The notes beneath the pieces are model-generated. The model ran no database searches. It had not been told where the DNA came from and was given only the letters and a program-made list of their open reading frames with translations. The translations under genes were made by a program, and so were the position numbers. A stretch of 64,000 nucleotides of DNA from Tubulanus polymorphus. Taxonomy: Eukaryota; Animalia; Nemertea. The stretch is from assembly GCF_964204645.1 (NCBI RefSeq), contig NC_134025.1:19257101-19321100 (forward strand). The letters are read 5' to 3'. This document shows, one piece after another, positions 23,739-35,526 of this stretch; positions within the stretch are counted from its first letter, which is position 1, and each line of letters opens with the position of its first letter.

Positions 23739-26700
23739 ATGGAAGCAAATAAGTACTACTGTCCAACATGTAATATCAATGTAGATAAATCCCAAAAAGC
23801 AAGACACAATAAAACTAAAACACATTTAGAAAATAAATTGAAACTAGAATATAAAGATGATATATTAGAAACTAAATTAGATGAATTAAAGAATGATAAA
23901 GAAACATATAAATGTGATACATGTAATCAATCATTCAGTGATAAAAGATATTATAATGAACATTTAAAATCTAAAAGTCATATTAGAAATAAGAATAATG
24001 ATATTTTAGGTGAAGATTATTTTGATAAAGATAATGATAAGAAACAGAAGACAATTAAAAGCATAAAAAATAAATTAAACAATAAAAGACCATACATGGA
24101 AGATGTAAGAAATTATATTAATTCATTAGATAATAAAAAAGATATAGAGATAACCGAAGCATTTAAAAGTGATATTGGCCCAGCAGCTATCGAGTTTAAA
24201 TTTCATAAAGGAAAAACATTAGAAGAAAATAAAAAACATTTAGAAAATATGAAAGAAATAATAAAAATAATTACAGATGTTGAATACCCTAAAATTAGTA
24301 TATCAGTTAAAGTAAAGTTTATAAAATCTGAAGATAAACCAATATATAATATAAATTCTCATTCACAACATATTATTTCAAAACAACATATAGATGATAA
24401 ATTAGATAGATGTTATAATGAAGTAAAAACTAAAATAGAAGAGAAATATTTTGAAGGATCTGGTTTAATATTTGATGAAATAATATTTATGACTTTACAT
24501 GTTTATAACACAAAATATAATAAGTTAACTAAATCAAAACCAATTGATGAAAATAATGTATCATATTATAAAGAACCAGATATTGAAGCATCGAGTTATA
24601 TTAAACTACCATTTAAAACTAATGCTGTTATAAATATACAAAATGAAGATGATAAATGTTTTCTATGGGCTATAATAAGTTGTTTACATCCAACAGAAGA
24701 TATTACACATAGTTTTAGATTAACTCATTATAAACCATTTGAAAATAATTATAAGATAGATAAGTATCCTGTTAGAATTAAAAACGTCCCAAAGATAGAA
24801 AGAGATAATAATTTAAGAATAAATGTATTTGATTTAATCAAATTACCAAATACAAAAGGTAACAATATAAAACATTATACATTAGAACCTTTATACCTAT
24901 CAAAAGATTATGATTCAAACGATGTTATAGATATACTATATTATGAGAATCATTATATGTGGATTAAACAAATTGATTTATTTTTTAAATCAGAAAATGA
25001 TCACCATAAAATATATCTTTGTAGAAAATGTTTACATAGATTCAGTAATGAAAGTACATTATTAAATCATAAACAATTATGTGAAAATCATGATTATTGT
25101 AAATTAGTTTTACCAAATGAAAAGGATAAAATATTAGAATTCAAAAAATATGATTACAAAAATAAAGTTCCATTTGTTATATATGGAGATTTTGAATCAT
25201 TAAATAAAGAACTAACTGATCAAGATAGAAAAGAAATATATTATAAGAGAAAGAAATTAAATTCTAATGAAAATGATTATTCTGAAGAACCACCAAAAAC
25301 AAATACTATTAAAAAGATTCATCAATCAGCTGCACCTTTCGGGTTATATATTAAATCTGATTATCCAGAACTAATTGAAAGTGAATATTATGATTATAGA
25401 AATGAAAATGTTATCAATCATTTTTGTGACTTATTAATTGAATATGAAATAAGATTTAGTAAATTATTGAATACAAATATAGAAATAATTATGACAGAAG
25501 AAGATAAAGAAGCATTTGAGTTTGCAGATAAATGTTATTATTGTGAAAAGATATTTAATTATAAAGATAAAAAAGTAAGAGACCATGATCATTTGAACGG
25601 AAAGTTTAGAGGCGCTGCGCATGAGAATTGTAACTTACAAGCTAAGAAAATTAATTTTGTACCAGTTATATTTCATAATCTATCAGGATATGATGCACAT
25701 TAATTCATCAAACAGTTATGCCATAAAATAGAAGAAATCAATAATGAAATAGAGAGATTAAATTCAAATAGATCAAAAGATAAAATACCAACTTATAAAT
25801 TTAGAATGTTAGCTAAAACATCTGAGAATTATATATCATTCCAATTTGGGTGTCTAAGATTTATAGATTCATATAGATTTTTAAATAGTTCATTAGATAA
25901 CTTATCAAAATCATTAGTTGATGATGAATTAAAAATATTAAAACAACATTATCAAAATAATGATGATTTTCAATTAATGAGATATAAAGGAGCAATTCCA
26001 TATTCATTTTATAAGAATCATAATGATTTCAATATAACTGAATTATTGAAAGAACAATGCTATGATGAATTAAAAAATGAATATGTTAAAGATGAAGTCT
26101 ATAATAGAACATTGAATCATTTCAAAATAGAAAATCATGGGCAATTAGTAGATTTATATTTAAAATCAGATGTATTATTATTAACCGATATATTCGAAAG
26201 GTTTAGAGATGTAAACCTAAAATATTTCAATATTGATCCTTGTCATTGTTATTCATCACCAGGTTTAACATGGGATTGTGGATTAAAATTTACAGATATA
26301 AAAATGGATTTGTTAACAAATATAGATCAATTACTATTATTTGAAAAATCTATAAGAGGAGGAGTTTCAGGTGTATTAGGTGATAGATATTTCAATGTAA
26401 ATGATAACCCTGGATATAAGTTATTATATATAGATGCAAATAATTTGTATGGTTGGGCAATGATGGAACCACAACCTTATGGAGTATTTGAAATAAGTGA
26501 AGTTTTACAGAATGAAAATAATGATAAATTTGATTGGAAGAAAAGAATTCTAGATATTGCAGATGATTCAGATACTGGTTACTTCTTTGTTGTAGACTTA
26601 GAATATCCTGAACATATTAAATTTAAATCTAGAAATCTAGCTTACTGTCCCGAACATAAAACTGTAACTCATGAAGAATTATCAAATTACCAAAAAAGAA

Positions 26701-27767
26701 TTAAACCCGAAAATCATATTCATACAGAAAAGTTAATGGTAACTCAAGAAGATAAATATAATTATGAAGTACATTATAGAATGTTAACGTTTTATCTAAA
26801 ACAAGGAATGGTTCTAAAAAAAGTACATAGATATATTTCATTTAGTCAATCTAAATGGTTAGAAAAATATATAGATTTTAACACCAAACAGAGAACTGAA
26901 GCTAAAACTGATTTCGAAAAAGATTTCTTCAAGTTAATGAATAATGCATTCTATGGTAAGACTTGTGAAAATATTAGAAATAGAAATGATATTGAGTTAG
27001 TTAGTAATGGTAAAAGGATAAGGCATTTACAATCATATCCTAAGTTCATTGGTAACAGAATATTTGATGAAAATTTAGCTGCAGTTAAGATGAGAAGAAC
27101 TTCTATGAAATTTAATAAACCAATCTATGTTGGTGCTTCAGTTTTAGAATTATCAAAATTACTAATGTATGAATTCTATTATAATGTATTACAACCACTT
27201 TTTGGAGAAAAACATATAGAAATCTTATATTTTGATACTGACAGTTACATATTAAAGATAAAAACTGATAACATAACTGATGATTTAAAAACATTAAAAC
27301 ATCATTTTGATTTTAGTAATTATCCCAAAGATCATGAATTGTTTAGCAATGATAATAAAAAAGTTCCCGGTAAATTCAAAGATGAATTAGGCGGTGAAGA
27401 AATGATAGAGTTCATTGGTATTAGATCTAAAATGTATTCATATAAAACTAAAGAACATGAAGCTAAAAAGTTAAAAGGAATAACCAAAAGTGTAGTAGAA
27501 AAGAATATTCATTTCAAAGATTACATCAATTGTATATTCAATGAAGAAGTTAGAAAACATAAGATGAGATGTTTAAGATCTGAAGATCATGAAATGTTTA
27601 TTGAAGAAATTGAAAAGATAAGTCTAAACCCATTTGATGATAAAAGATATATTCTGGATGATGGAATTCATACAGTTGCTTATGGTTGCAATTTAGATGA
27701 ATACTTAAAATTTAAAAGAGAAGAAACAAAAGAGAACGAGATATTGAAAAGAATTCTAACGTGTTAA
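23739..27767 (+). pseudogene. polB: Protein-primed family B DNA polymerase (1342 codons, one in-frame TAA at 25701-25703)
   Basis: Both ORFs are in the same frame. N-terminal C2H2 fingers, DDKCFLWAI/ENHY (vOTU-like), YGDFE exonuclease I, RDHDHLNGKFRGAAHENCN (Endo VII-like), FHNLSGYD, YIDANNLY, KLMNNAFYGK, YFDTDS. Confidence 0.95.
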
Positions 27768-27796
27768 TCAAATTTTAATAAAAATATGTTATTAAC

Positions 27797-28033
27797 ATGG
27801 AGAGTAAACAAGCAAACAGTGAGAACAACAAATTATTTCTAGATAGAATTAAAGATATAACAAATGTAAAATCTGTAGATTATAAATTCAAAAAGTTAAC
27901 AGAATTAACAATTCATAAGAAATATCTAATTACAAATATTGATACAGTTACTAATAACTATGGAGATAAATTAGTTATACACTTAGAATATGAAGGATTA
28001 AAAGGAAATACATATAAATTCAGAACATATTTA
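27797..28033 (+). pseudogene. Small conserved viral protein (TxYG...F-x-x-[YF]-LP type), C-terminus deleted
   Basis: Homologous to the copy at ~12090-12330 (minus), which keeps the C-terminus, and to 12869-13194. Confidence 0.7.
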
Positions 28034-28665
28034 AGTTTATGTAATTCTTTTTATAATATAACGGATAAAACTATTGAAGATAATACCTTTTTAATTCATA
28101 TTGGAAACGTAAATAAATGGTTTCATATAATTTTAAAACCAGGATTATATAATTTAGAAACATTAGCTCAAGAAATTAATCGAAGAGCACGGTTGAAAAT
28201 TAGAAGAGAAGATAAATTTTTAATTAGATTTATAAAAAGTGATAGCACAAATAAAATTAAAATAAAGGTATATGATGAAAGTCAACATGCATTTATGGTA
28301 AAAAAAAACCATTAGCTAAACTGTTAGGAATTGCACCAGATACTGTTACAGGAAACGTAGATGGTAATTCAAATATAATACCTTTTACACACTTTTATAT
28401 TTATTGCAATTTAATCGAGCCTACAAAAACATTCGAAGCAACTAAAGATACAATTTGTAATTCTAGTATATTAGATATTTTACCATTAAAAAACGTTAAA
28501 CAATTTGGAACTCAAATAAATTATAATTTAGCTGAATGTGATTTTAAACCTTGTATTCCTAAATTTAATAATTTTAAATTAGAAATAAGAAATCACAATG
28601 GATATTTAATTGATTTGAATAACTTTCCTGTAATTTATGAATTAGTTATAAGATGTAGAGAGTAA
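28034..28665 (+). pseudogene. Minor capsid (penton) protein, N-terminus deleted, frameshift in the A-run at ~28300
   Basis: NSFYNI, LKPGLYNLETL, LAKLLGI, FYIYCNLI, ILDILP and IDLNNFPVIYELVIR fit a single jelly-roll penton pattern. Confidence 0.75.
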
Positions 28666-28681
28666 TTTTTTCACTATATAA

Positions 28682-29041
28682 ATGAATATAAATGTTGGAC
28701 CGAGCATATGTTTTGGATTTGATTTTAAACGTGAGAAAGAAATGAAATTTAACATTAATGATGTAATTACACATATTAAAAATATTGCATTTTCTAATGA
28801 AACAACATTTGAGTATGAAACAACAATAGATAAAGAAACTTTAAATGTAGAAAAGATTACTAATTTAATTAGAGAATCTTTAAGATTTTATGAATTAGAT
28901 GAAGATTTTATCATCGATGATATTAAAAAAATAATAATTGAAATATATACAAATGAAACTAGTAATGAAATAAATGTTGAATTAATCGTAAATAAGTTAA
29001 CTAAATATTTTGATGATAGTAATTTTTTTATAAATAAATGA
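28682..29041 (+). CDS. Viral hypothetical protein, 119 aa, acidic
   Basis: Intact ORF with TATATAAATG start. Confidence 0.7.
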   Translation: MNINVGPSICFGFDFKREKEMKFNINDVITHIKNIAFSNETTFEYETTIDKETLNVEKITNLIRESLRFYELDEDFIIDDIKKIIIEIYTNETSNEINVELIVNKLTKYFDDSNFFINK

Positions 29042-29259
29042 GTGATAATAAGTGGATAATAACTGGATTATATAATGGAGCATTACTATCAGTTGGAACT
29101 GTTGGTTATTCAATGGTATTAAAAAAAATATTCAAAATGGGAAGTGTTAATGTTGATAGATTTGATATAAATGATATTTTAAAGTTAACATTAGCAGTTA
29201 CTTTATCTAATTTAACTATAGATTATTTAGAAAAACAAAAATATATTCCTCCCATATAA
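29038..29259 (+). CDS. Viral small hydrophobic protein, 73 aa
   Basis: Intact ORF with TAAATG start and two hydrophobic stretches. Confidence 0.7.
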   Translation: MSDNKWIITGLYNGALLSVGTVGYSMVLKKIFKMGSVNVDRFDINDILKLTLAVTLSNLTIDYLEKQKYIPPI

Positions 29260-29283
29260 ATGCATAATTATTTTACTAAATAA

Positions 29284-29706
29284 ATGGCTTCTGCAGTTAT
29301 AACTATTATAGGATCGGCAATTGTTAACGATTTAGCATTTACTGGTGGTGGTTATTTATTCAAGCATATTGATAAAAATGGTTCATTAACAGAACAAAAA
29401 AGACATAACTTAGCATTAGAGAAATATAATAAAGCAGCAGAAGAATATAGAGAAAATAGACAAAACTATATGGATTATATTAACAAGGAATTATATGATC
29501 AGAAGATTTCACATAGAGATTTTCAATCAGTTGATGATGCAATGAGTTTATATAACGCGGTAACCAATAAAGAAAAATTACATCTATACAAACCCAAATC
29601 ATCAGATTATTATACCCCAAGTAATGAACAGAAGAAATATGAAATAATATGGATTTTAGGTGGAACAGTTATTGTTATATTTGTTGCTTATAAGTTTACT
29701 AATTAG
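29284..29706 (+). CDS. Viral membrane protein, 140 aa
   Basis: Hydrophobic Gly-rich N-terminus, coiled-coil middle and C-terminal TM (IIWILGGTVIVIFVAY). Confidence 0.75.
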   Translation: MASAVITIIGSAIVNDLAFTGGGYLFKHIDKNGSLTEQKRHNLALEKYNKAAEEYRENRQNYMDYINKELYDQKISHRDFQSVDDAMSLYNAVTNKEKLHLYKPKSSDYYTPSNEQKKYEIIWILGGTVIVIFVAYKFTN

Positions 29707-29730
29707 TAATTTTTTTTTTTTGCTAAATAA

Positions 29731-30165
29731 ATGGATGATAAAGTTGATAATATTGATATTATTCCTCATGATATAAATAAAACTAAATTAAAAACATATT
29801 TAGAAAAACAAATATTAGAATTTGAAAGTGACTTAAAGATAAAAAAGAAAAAATATTTAAAAAGTAAAATTATATATTATTTGATTATAAGTGGTTCGGT
29901 TACAATTAGTTCTGTAATAACATTTCTAGCAATATTTTCACCATTAACACCTTTAGCTATATCAATTGGTGTATTAGGATTAAGTTCAAGTGTTTTAACC
30001 GGTATAAGTTCAAAATTAAATATAAAAAGCAATAAAGAAAAAATTAAAACTAATATAAAAGAAATTAATAAATTAAAGAATACACTAGATTATATAATAA
30101 GTTTAAATGGCCATATAACAGTTGAAGAACAAGATAAATTATTAAAAGAATTAATAAATTATTAA
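29731..30165 (+). CDS. Viral 2-TM coiled-coil protein, 144 aa
   Basis: Central hydrophobic hairpin flanked by coiled coils. Confidence 0.75.
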   Translation: MDDKVDNIDIIPHDINKTKLKTYLEKQILEFESDLKIKKKKYLKSKIIYYLIISGSVTISSVITFLAIFSPLTPLAISIGVLGLSSSVLTGISSKLNIKSNKEKIKTNIKEINKLKNTLDYIISLNGHITVEEQDKLLKELINY

Positions 30166-30181
30166 TTTTTTAATTATATAA

Positions 30182-31348
30182 ATGGTAGATAGTTTTCCAA
30201 AAGCTTTCCAATATAATAAATCAATTAAATATAATATTCCTGCAATAGATTTTAATAAAGATATTACATATAGAAATGAAGTTTTAAATTCATTAATTGA
30301 TTTATATATTTATGTTACTGAAAGTAATAATTTTCATGTAAAGATGGAAAATATATTTCATGTGTATACAATTAATTTCAAAAATTTAAATGAGGCAAAA
30401 CAATGGTTATTAAAATCTAATATGAAGTATTGGCAGAACCAATTAAATTTTGCTGTTTATTGTGCAACAACAGGATGTGGAATTAGTTGGAATGATCATT
30501 TAAACAAACCAAGTTTACCATTGATGTTATCACTTTTTAGATTTCATACTTATTTTCAAATAAAATTAATATTAGATGAATTAGAATGTCCTTTACCAGG
30601 TTCAAAATATTTTAAAGAATTGAATATTAATATTAATTTATCTTTTGGAAAAATAATGACAAATTCAGATATAAGAACACTAAATTGGAATGAATTACCA
30701 AAATATTATAATAATATACAACAACAAAACAATAATGGTTGGGATAATTTCATTTTAGAAAATGGTGAAGGTTTTACTAAAGCTGGTATACAAAGAATAA
30801 ATCAATCTATTAGAACTTATTTGATATGTATTTTAGGTGCGCAAGTTGAAACAAGATCCCCAATAATTGGAAATGATAACACTTCATTCGATGCGCAGAA
30901 ACAATTCAAAGTATTATTTGAAGATTCCATTCATAATGATAAAAATAGATCGATTCCAGAAAACATTGTAAGATATCAAAATCATTTAGATAAATCACAT
31001 ATTAGATTAAATTATTGTATAGGCCCTAATCTATTTATTATTTCTAATGATTTAGTATTAAAGATGGGAAACATAATTGGTTATAATAATCTAATTAAAA
31101 CTGCAACAATAAATAATTCATTTGGATTGAATGATATAAATAAAAAGATTATCACTGCTCCAAAATTAATGGAAGGTGAAAAAAATAAAAAACATATTCA
31201 ATCAACTGAAACTAAAACTAATAATATTAAATTAAATAATGATTCTAAAATAAAAGATTATAATACTACAGAAGATATTAAAACTGATATTATTCAACAT
31301 GATATAATTAAACTAAATGATGATAATCCCATGAAAATGCTAAATTAG
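30182..31348 (+). CDS. Viral hypothetical protein, 388 aa
   Basis: Long ORF with motif WQNQLNFAVYCATTGCGISW. A hydrophobic tail appears frameshifted at ~31340-31400. Confidence 0.75.
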   Translation: MVDSFPKAFQYNKSIKYNIPAIDFNKDITYRNEVLNSLIDLYIYVTESNNFHVKMENIFHVYTINFKNLNEAKQWLLKSNMKYWQNQLNFAVYCATTGCGISWNDHLNKPSLPLMLSLFRFHTYFQIKLILDELECPLPGSKYFKELNININLSFGKIMTNSDIRTLNWNELPKYYNNIQQQNNNGWDNFILENGEGFTKAGIQRINQSIRTYLICILGAQVETRSPIIGNDNTSFDAQKQFKVLFEDSIHNDKNRSIPENIVRYQNHLDKSHIRLNYCIGPNLFIISNDLVLKMGNIIGYNNLIKTATINNSFGLNDINKKIITAPKLMEGEKNKKHIQSTETKTNNIKLNNDSKIKDYNTTEDIKTDIIQHDIIKLNDDNPMKMLN

Positions 31349-31758
31349 CTTTATCTTGTATAGGAATTGTGATCGGAGGAATATTATATTTTAAATTTTA
31401 ATTTTTTTATTATGTAAATGGCAGAAGGTGGAGGAGATATTCCATTGGATCCTTTAGATGAACCTGGTATAAGTGATGAACAACCACTTGATTTTGATGA
31501 AACAAGTTTTAGTAATGATAATAAAACAGAATATAATACTAATTTAAATACACCTGAATTTATTGATAAAACACGTTCAAAGATAAGTACTGAAAATGAA
31601 GTACCAGAATTAACAGGAAAAGAATTTAAATATAATGAAATTGCTAGTGATTTTAAACCAACGTTAAAAAGATCTGGTTTCAATATAACACATAAAGGTA
31701 TGGATTATTTAGTAAAAGGTTTGAAATATTTTAATGGTTCTTAGGAAGAGAGTTCAAA

Positions 31759-32591
31759 TATCCGAATAACCATAGAAGCGATAACATTAAAAACCTCATT
31801 TTCTAATGAGTAAATACAGTTTATTAACACGAACGTTTTCGGGATCATATCCCCTCATCAGGTGAAATACAAGTGAATCAAATGATTAAACTACAGGTTT
31901 ATATACAACATAAGTTACAAAATTACAAGTGCTAAATTCTAAGCTTATTACAAACCAAGTATTTAATTACAAACTAATTATTTGAATACATTTAGGATAA
32001 AGGATGAGCCGTTTTGAAATAATTGTTGATTTAAAGAGGGTCGTTGCGCTTTAATAAACAGGGCCTCCCTAATTTTTTTACAGTCGAGATCAGATGAACC
32101 TTTGTCTAGAATTTTGAATTTGTTGTTACTATATTCCTGATCACAAGTGTGACAAATTGCGAGATGTTGTCCAATCGCAGAAGTCTTTGATCTGTGTTCC
32201 TTAATCCTGATGGCCAAATGTCGTTTAGTTTTCCCAATATAGGAAGTGTTTATATCACATAAACAATTAAATTTATATATGACTTTAGCCTTCAGCGATT
32301 TAGGGGTAGCACATTTCAAAGAGAAAAAATTCTTAATTTTGGTCGTAGTGAATGCACATTTCAAGTTGATTTCAAAATTCCTTTTAAATAGATATTTTAA
32401 TTTTCGGGCAAATAGGATTGACGGGTTACCAATATACGGTAATGAAATGAATAGATCAATTCCATCTTCAACAGGTTTCGGTTGATTTTTTGAAAAATCT
32501 GTTTAAATCTAATGCGTTTCCTATTCATGTCATCGATCAATGTATTAATAGATTTTTGAAATCAAAACAGAACTCAGAACCTCAATCAAGA
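31759..32591 (-). mobile_element. Penelope-like retroelement, 5'-truncated with 5' inversion
   Basis: GIY-YIG ORF 31978-32364 (VIYKFNCLCD...YIGKTKRHL..RIKEH...EALFI). TSD AGAGTTCAAA at 31749-31758 and 32592-32601. The RT tail 32490-32590 lies on the opposite strand. Confidence 0.88.
31828..31864 (-). ncRNA. Minimal type I hammerhead ribozyme of the Penelope element
   Basis: Minus strand reads cac-CTGATGA-g-gggat(atg)atccc-GAA-AACGTT-C-gtg: complete catalytic core, stem II and palindromic stem III. Confidence 0.82.
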
Positions 32592-33421
32592 AGAGTTCAA
32601 ACTGAAAAACTTTTACCGAATGGATTACTTGATGCAACAGATCAACAATTAGAAGATTTAGATATATTTTCTGATAAAGCAATTAGAGAGATTATTAGTA
32701 TAAGAAATGAAGCTGATAAAATTGCACATGAAAAAAGTAAAAGAGATATTAAAATTAACAATTTAGAAAAAGAATTAACTGATAAAAATGAAGAAATAGA
32801 ACAACTAAAGTCTGATTTAGATCATCAAGTAATTGATGAAATAGAATATAAGCAAAAAGAATCACGTTTAAAAAAAGAAAAAGATGATTTAGAATATAAC
32901 ATAGAATTACAAAAAGAAGAAATTAAATTATTATTAAAATCATATGATTATAATAATAATAGATTAAAAGTTATTTCTAAAGATTTGTTGATTAAACCAA
33001 ATTCTGAAATATCGTTGAAAGATAGAATAAAGTTATTATTTAAATTAGAAGGAATAACAATTCTTTCAATTCTAACAGCTGTAACTATGTTATTCACAAC
33101 AATTGGTTTAGCTATATCAAATGCGTTAAAATCTACTCCTACTCCAAATAAACCAGATAAACCCCCAGATAATAATTCTATACAAGATAAAGTTAAAGAT
33201 GGTTTAAAGAAATTAGCAAAATATTTATGGGAACTATCTAAAAAATCTGCTGCAGCTTTACCAGGAATTATTGCATCAATTGTTGGTTTTATATTGAAAT
33301 CTGCAGGAAACATTATTAACTTTGCTACTGCTATTTTATTTTTAATTACAGTTGTAAGTGCTATTATTTTTGGTTTAGTAAACATGATAAAAAATAAATA
33401 ATTAATTTTTTTGTTAAATAA

Positions 33422-34671
33422 ATGAGTGGGAGTCATATAAGTCCTTCTAAGATTTCTAGAATATCTAATGCTATTAAAGCAGAAAGATCACATCATATAA
33501 TTACTCATAACCCTTCAAATATTAATCCCGATGAAACTTTATATGTTAGAATTCCTAGATTAACACAAAATACTTTTTATGTTCCAAATAGTATCTATTT
33601 ATCCGCCGATATAAAAGTAATCGGTAATAATAATAATTATGTTGTTGATAATGTTGGAAGATATTTGATTAAAAAATTAACTATAAAGATTGGTCCAGAA
33701 ACAGTTTTCTCATTAGATGATTATAATTTATTTATGCATTATAAAGATTTATGGTTAACTAAAGAAAATAGAAATAAGATGATATTTCAAGGCATCCAAT
33801 CAGAAAACCAAAATAAATTAAGATCAGAGGCTAATAGCGCAATATTAACTAATGCTGTAGATAAATTGATAAAAAGTATATATGGAAGCAAATATAAAAT
33901 TCCATTAGACTTTGAATTGATAAATAATAATGCACCTTTATATAAATACGCAATTCAAGAAGACGTTATATTCGAAATAACATTTGCTCCTGTAAATGAA
34001 ATTGTATTATCTAGCGTTAACAAAGATATGAGTTATAAATTATCGAATATATGTTTAGAATATGATACAGTAACTGATGAAAATATTTCAAGTATAATTC
34101 AAACTCAATACAATCAAGGATTTTCATTATTATATGATTATATTGATAAATTTAAAACCGCAACTATTAATGCAAATGATGAAATAATTAATGAGAATAT
34201 TAACTTCCCAAGAAGATCTATTAAAGGTATATTAATATTTTTTACCATTGCAACATATACTAATGGCGCAATAAATGTTGATAATTATTATAATCCTGAA
34301 ATAACAAAAGTAGAAATAACTATCGAAGGAATAGCAAATAAAATATATTTTGTCAAGGAATGAGAATGATTGATCAATGGCCAGAAATTAGAAAACATTT
34401 TATGAATGAAAAAGTAAAATCATCTGAAAATTGTAATATTAATCAAATTGATTATTATACCGGTAATAAATATGCATTATGGTTAGATTTTAGAACAACA
34501 GAGGATAATTTATTACATGGTTCTGGAAAAAAACTACAGAACACTAAAGATGGAATACAATTATTCATGACAAAGAAAAAGGGAAGCCTAAATTTCAAAA
34601 TGCACATTTATATTATATCTGACGCGCAATTAAATATTGTAAATACACAATTAGATAGTGTTATGTATTAA
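33422..34671 (+). pseudogene. Major capsid protein (double jelly-roll), single frameshift near 34350
   Basis: Overlapping 313-aa and 103-aa ORFs total ~415 aa. Beta-rich pattern (NPSNINPDETLYVRIP, FEITFAP, YKLSNICLEYD, ALWLDFR, YIISDAQ). Assignment rests on size, pattern and context. Confidence 0.8.
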
Positions 34672-34703
34672 AATTTTAACTTTAATAAAAAATCTTTTAT
34701 TAA

Positions 34704-35492
34704 ATGGAAGGAGGTAAAGTATATAAACATATTCCATACATCGATACACATGAAAATAATGATGGTTTATATTATGTAATACCTTGTAATATAGCTTTGA
34801 TATTTGATCCTATTTTCAAAATGAATAAAACTAAACTAATAGAAATCGATAATAATAAAAGTGAAGTTGTTGATAATTTAAGTAATGTAATTGATAATAA
34901 TGTAATACCTACTACAGTAATACCTACTACAGTAATACCTACTACATCTAATAATGTAATACCTTCTCCATCTAATAATGAAATAATATTAAATGTTAGT
35001 GAAAATAGAAATTATTGTGATTATTGTAAAGGTGAATTTTCAAACGCTCCATCAAATTGGAATAAACATATGAATACAAAGGTACATATTACTAATGTAA
35101 TAGAACGTGTTGGTTTAAAAGAATTTATAGAACACCCATTTAGATATGTTACAAAGTTTGTTTCAAATAAAAAAGTAAATGGTAAAGAATTATATGAAGA
35201 TTTTTTATTAGCAACACCTAATAAAGATGAATTAGATTTAACTGATGCTAATGAAATATTAGGATCAAACACTGTAAATGAAATATTAGGAGCAAACACT
35301 AATAAAGATTCTATGAAACATAAAGTAGAAAATAATGATAAATTTGATTGGATGAATAAGCATAACAATGAAACAACTATTGATGATGCGGTAAAAAGGG
35401 TGAAGAATAAGTATAAAAATAAAACAACTATTGACGATGATACGGTAGAGAATTTGAATAAATTGTTAGGATCTGATAGTGAAAGTGATTAA
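34704..35492 (+). CDS. Viral zinc-finger protein, 262 aa
   Basis: CDYC...HMNTKVH C2H2-like finger and VIPTT x3 repeat. Confidence 0.7.
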   Translation: MEGGKVYKHIPYIDTHENNDGLYYVIPCNIALIFDPIFKMNKTKLIEIDNNKSEVVDNLSNVIDNNVIPTTVIPTTVIPTTSNNVIPSPSNNEIILNVSENRNYCDYCKGEFSNAPSNWNKHMNTKVHITNVIERVGLKEFIEHPFRYVTKFVSNKKVNGKELYEDFLLATPNKDELDLTDANEILGSNTVNEILGANTNKDSMKHKVENNDKFDWMNKHNNETTIDDAVKRVKNKYKNKTTIDDDTVENLNKLLGSDSESD

Positions 35493-35526
35493 GATATTAA
35501 TTATATTTAACATATATAATAATAAT

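Larger units (their letters stand above)
31418..33401 (+). pseudogene. Viral coiled-coil/multi-TM protein split by a Penelope insertion
   Basis: N-part 31418-~31758 and C-part 32602-33401 (long coiled coil, hydrophobic helices, Pro-rich linker) are joined through the TSD. A frameshift lies just before the insertion. Confidence 0.72.

Noticed and set aside
25701-25703. Programmed readthrough or alternative genetic code in pPolB
   Set aside because: TAA is the normal stop of neighbouring genes, and this one is a single change from TTA (Leu) at a conserved site, so it is most simply a nonsense mutation or sequencing error.
27797-28315. Genuine 172-aa gene
   Set aside because: The copy at 11.8-12.4 kb shows it is a deletion fusion of two genes.
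32490-33401. Independent 303-aa gene
   Set aside because: The first ~34 aa come from the inverted Penelope RT tail; the rest continues the 31418 gene.
31384-35368. Antisense ORFs 31384-31683, 32948-33436 and 35021-35368
   Set aside because: Shadow frames of the plus-strand viral genes, with no motifs.
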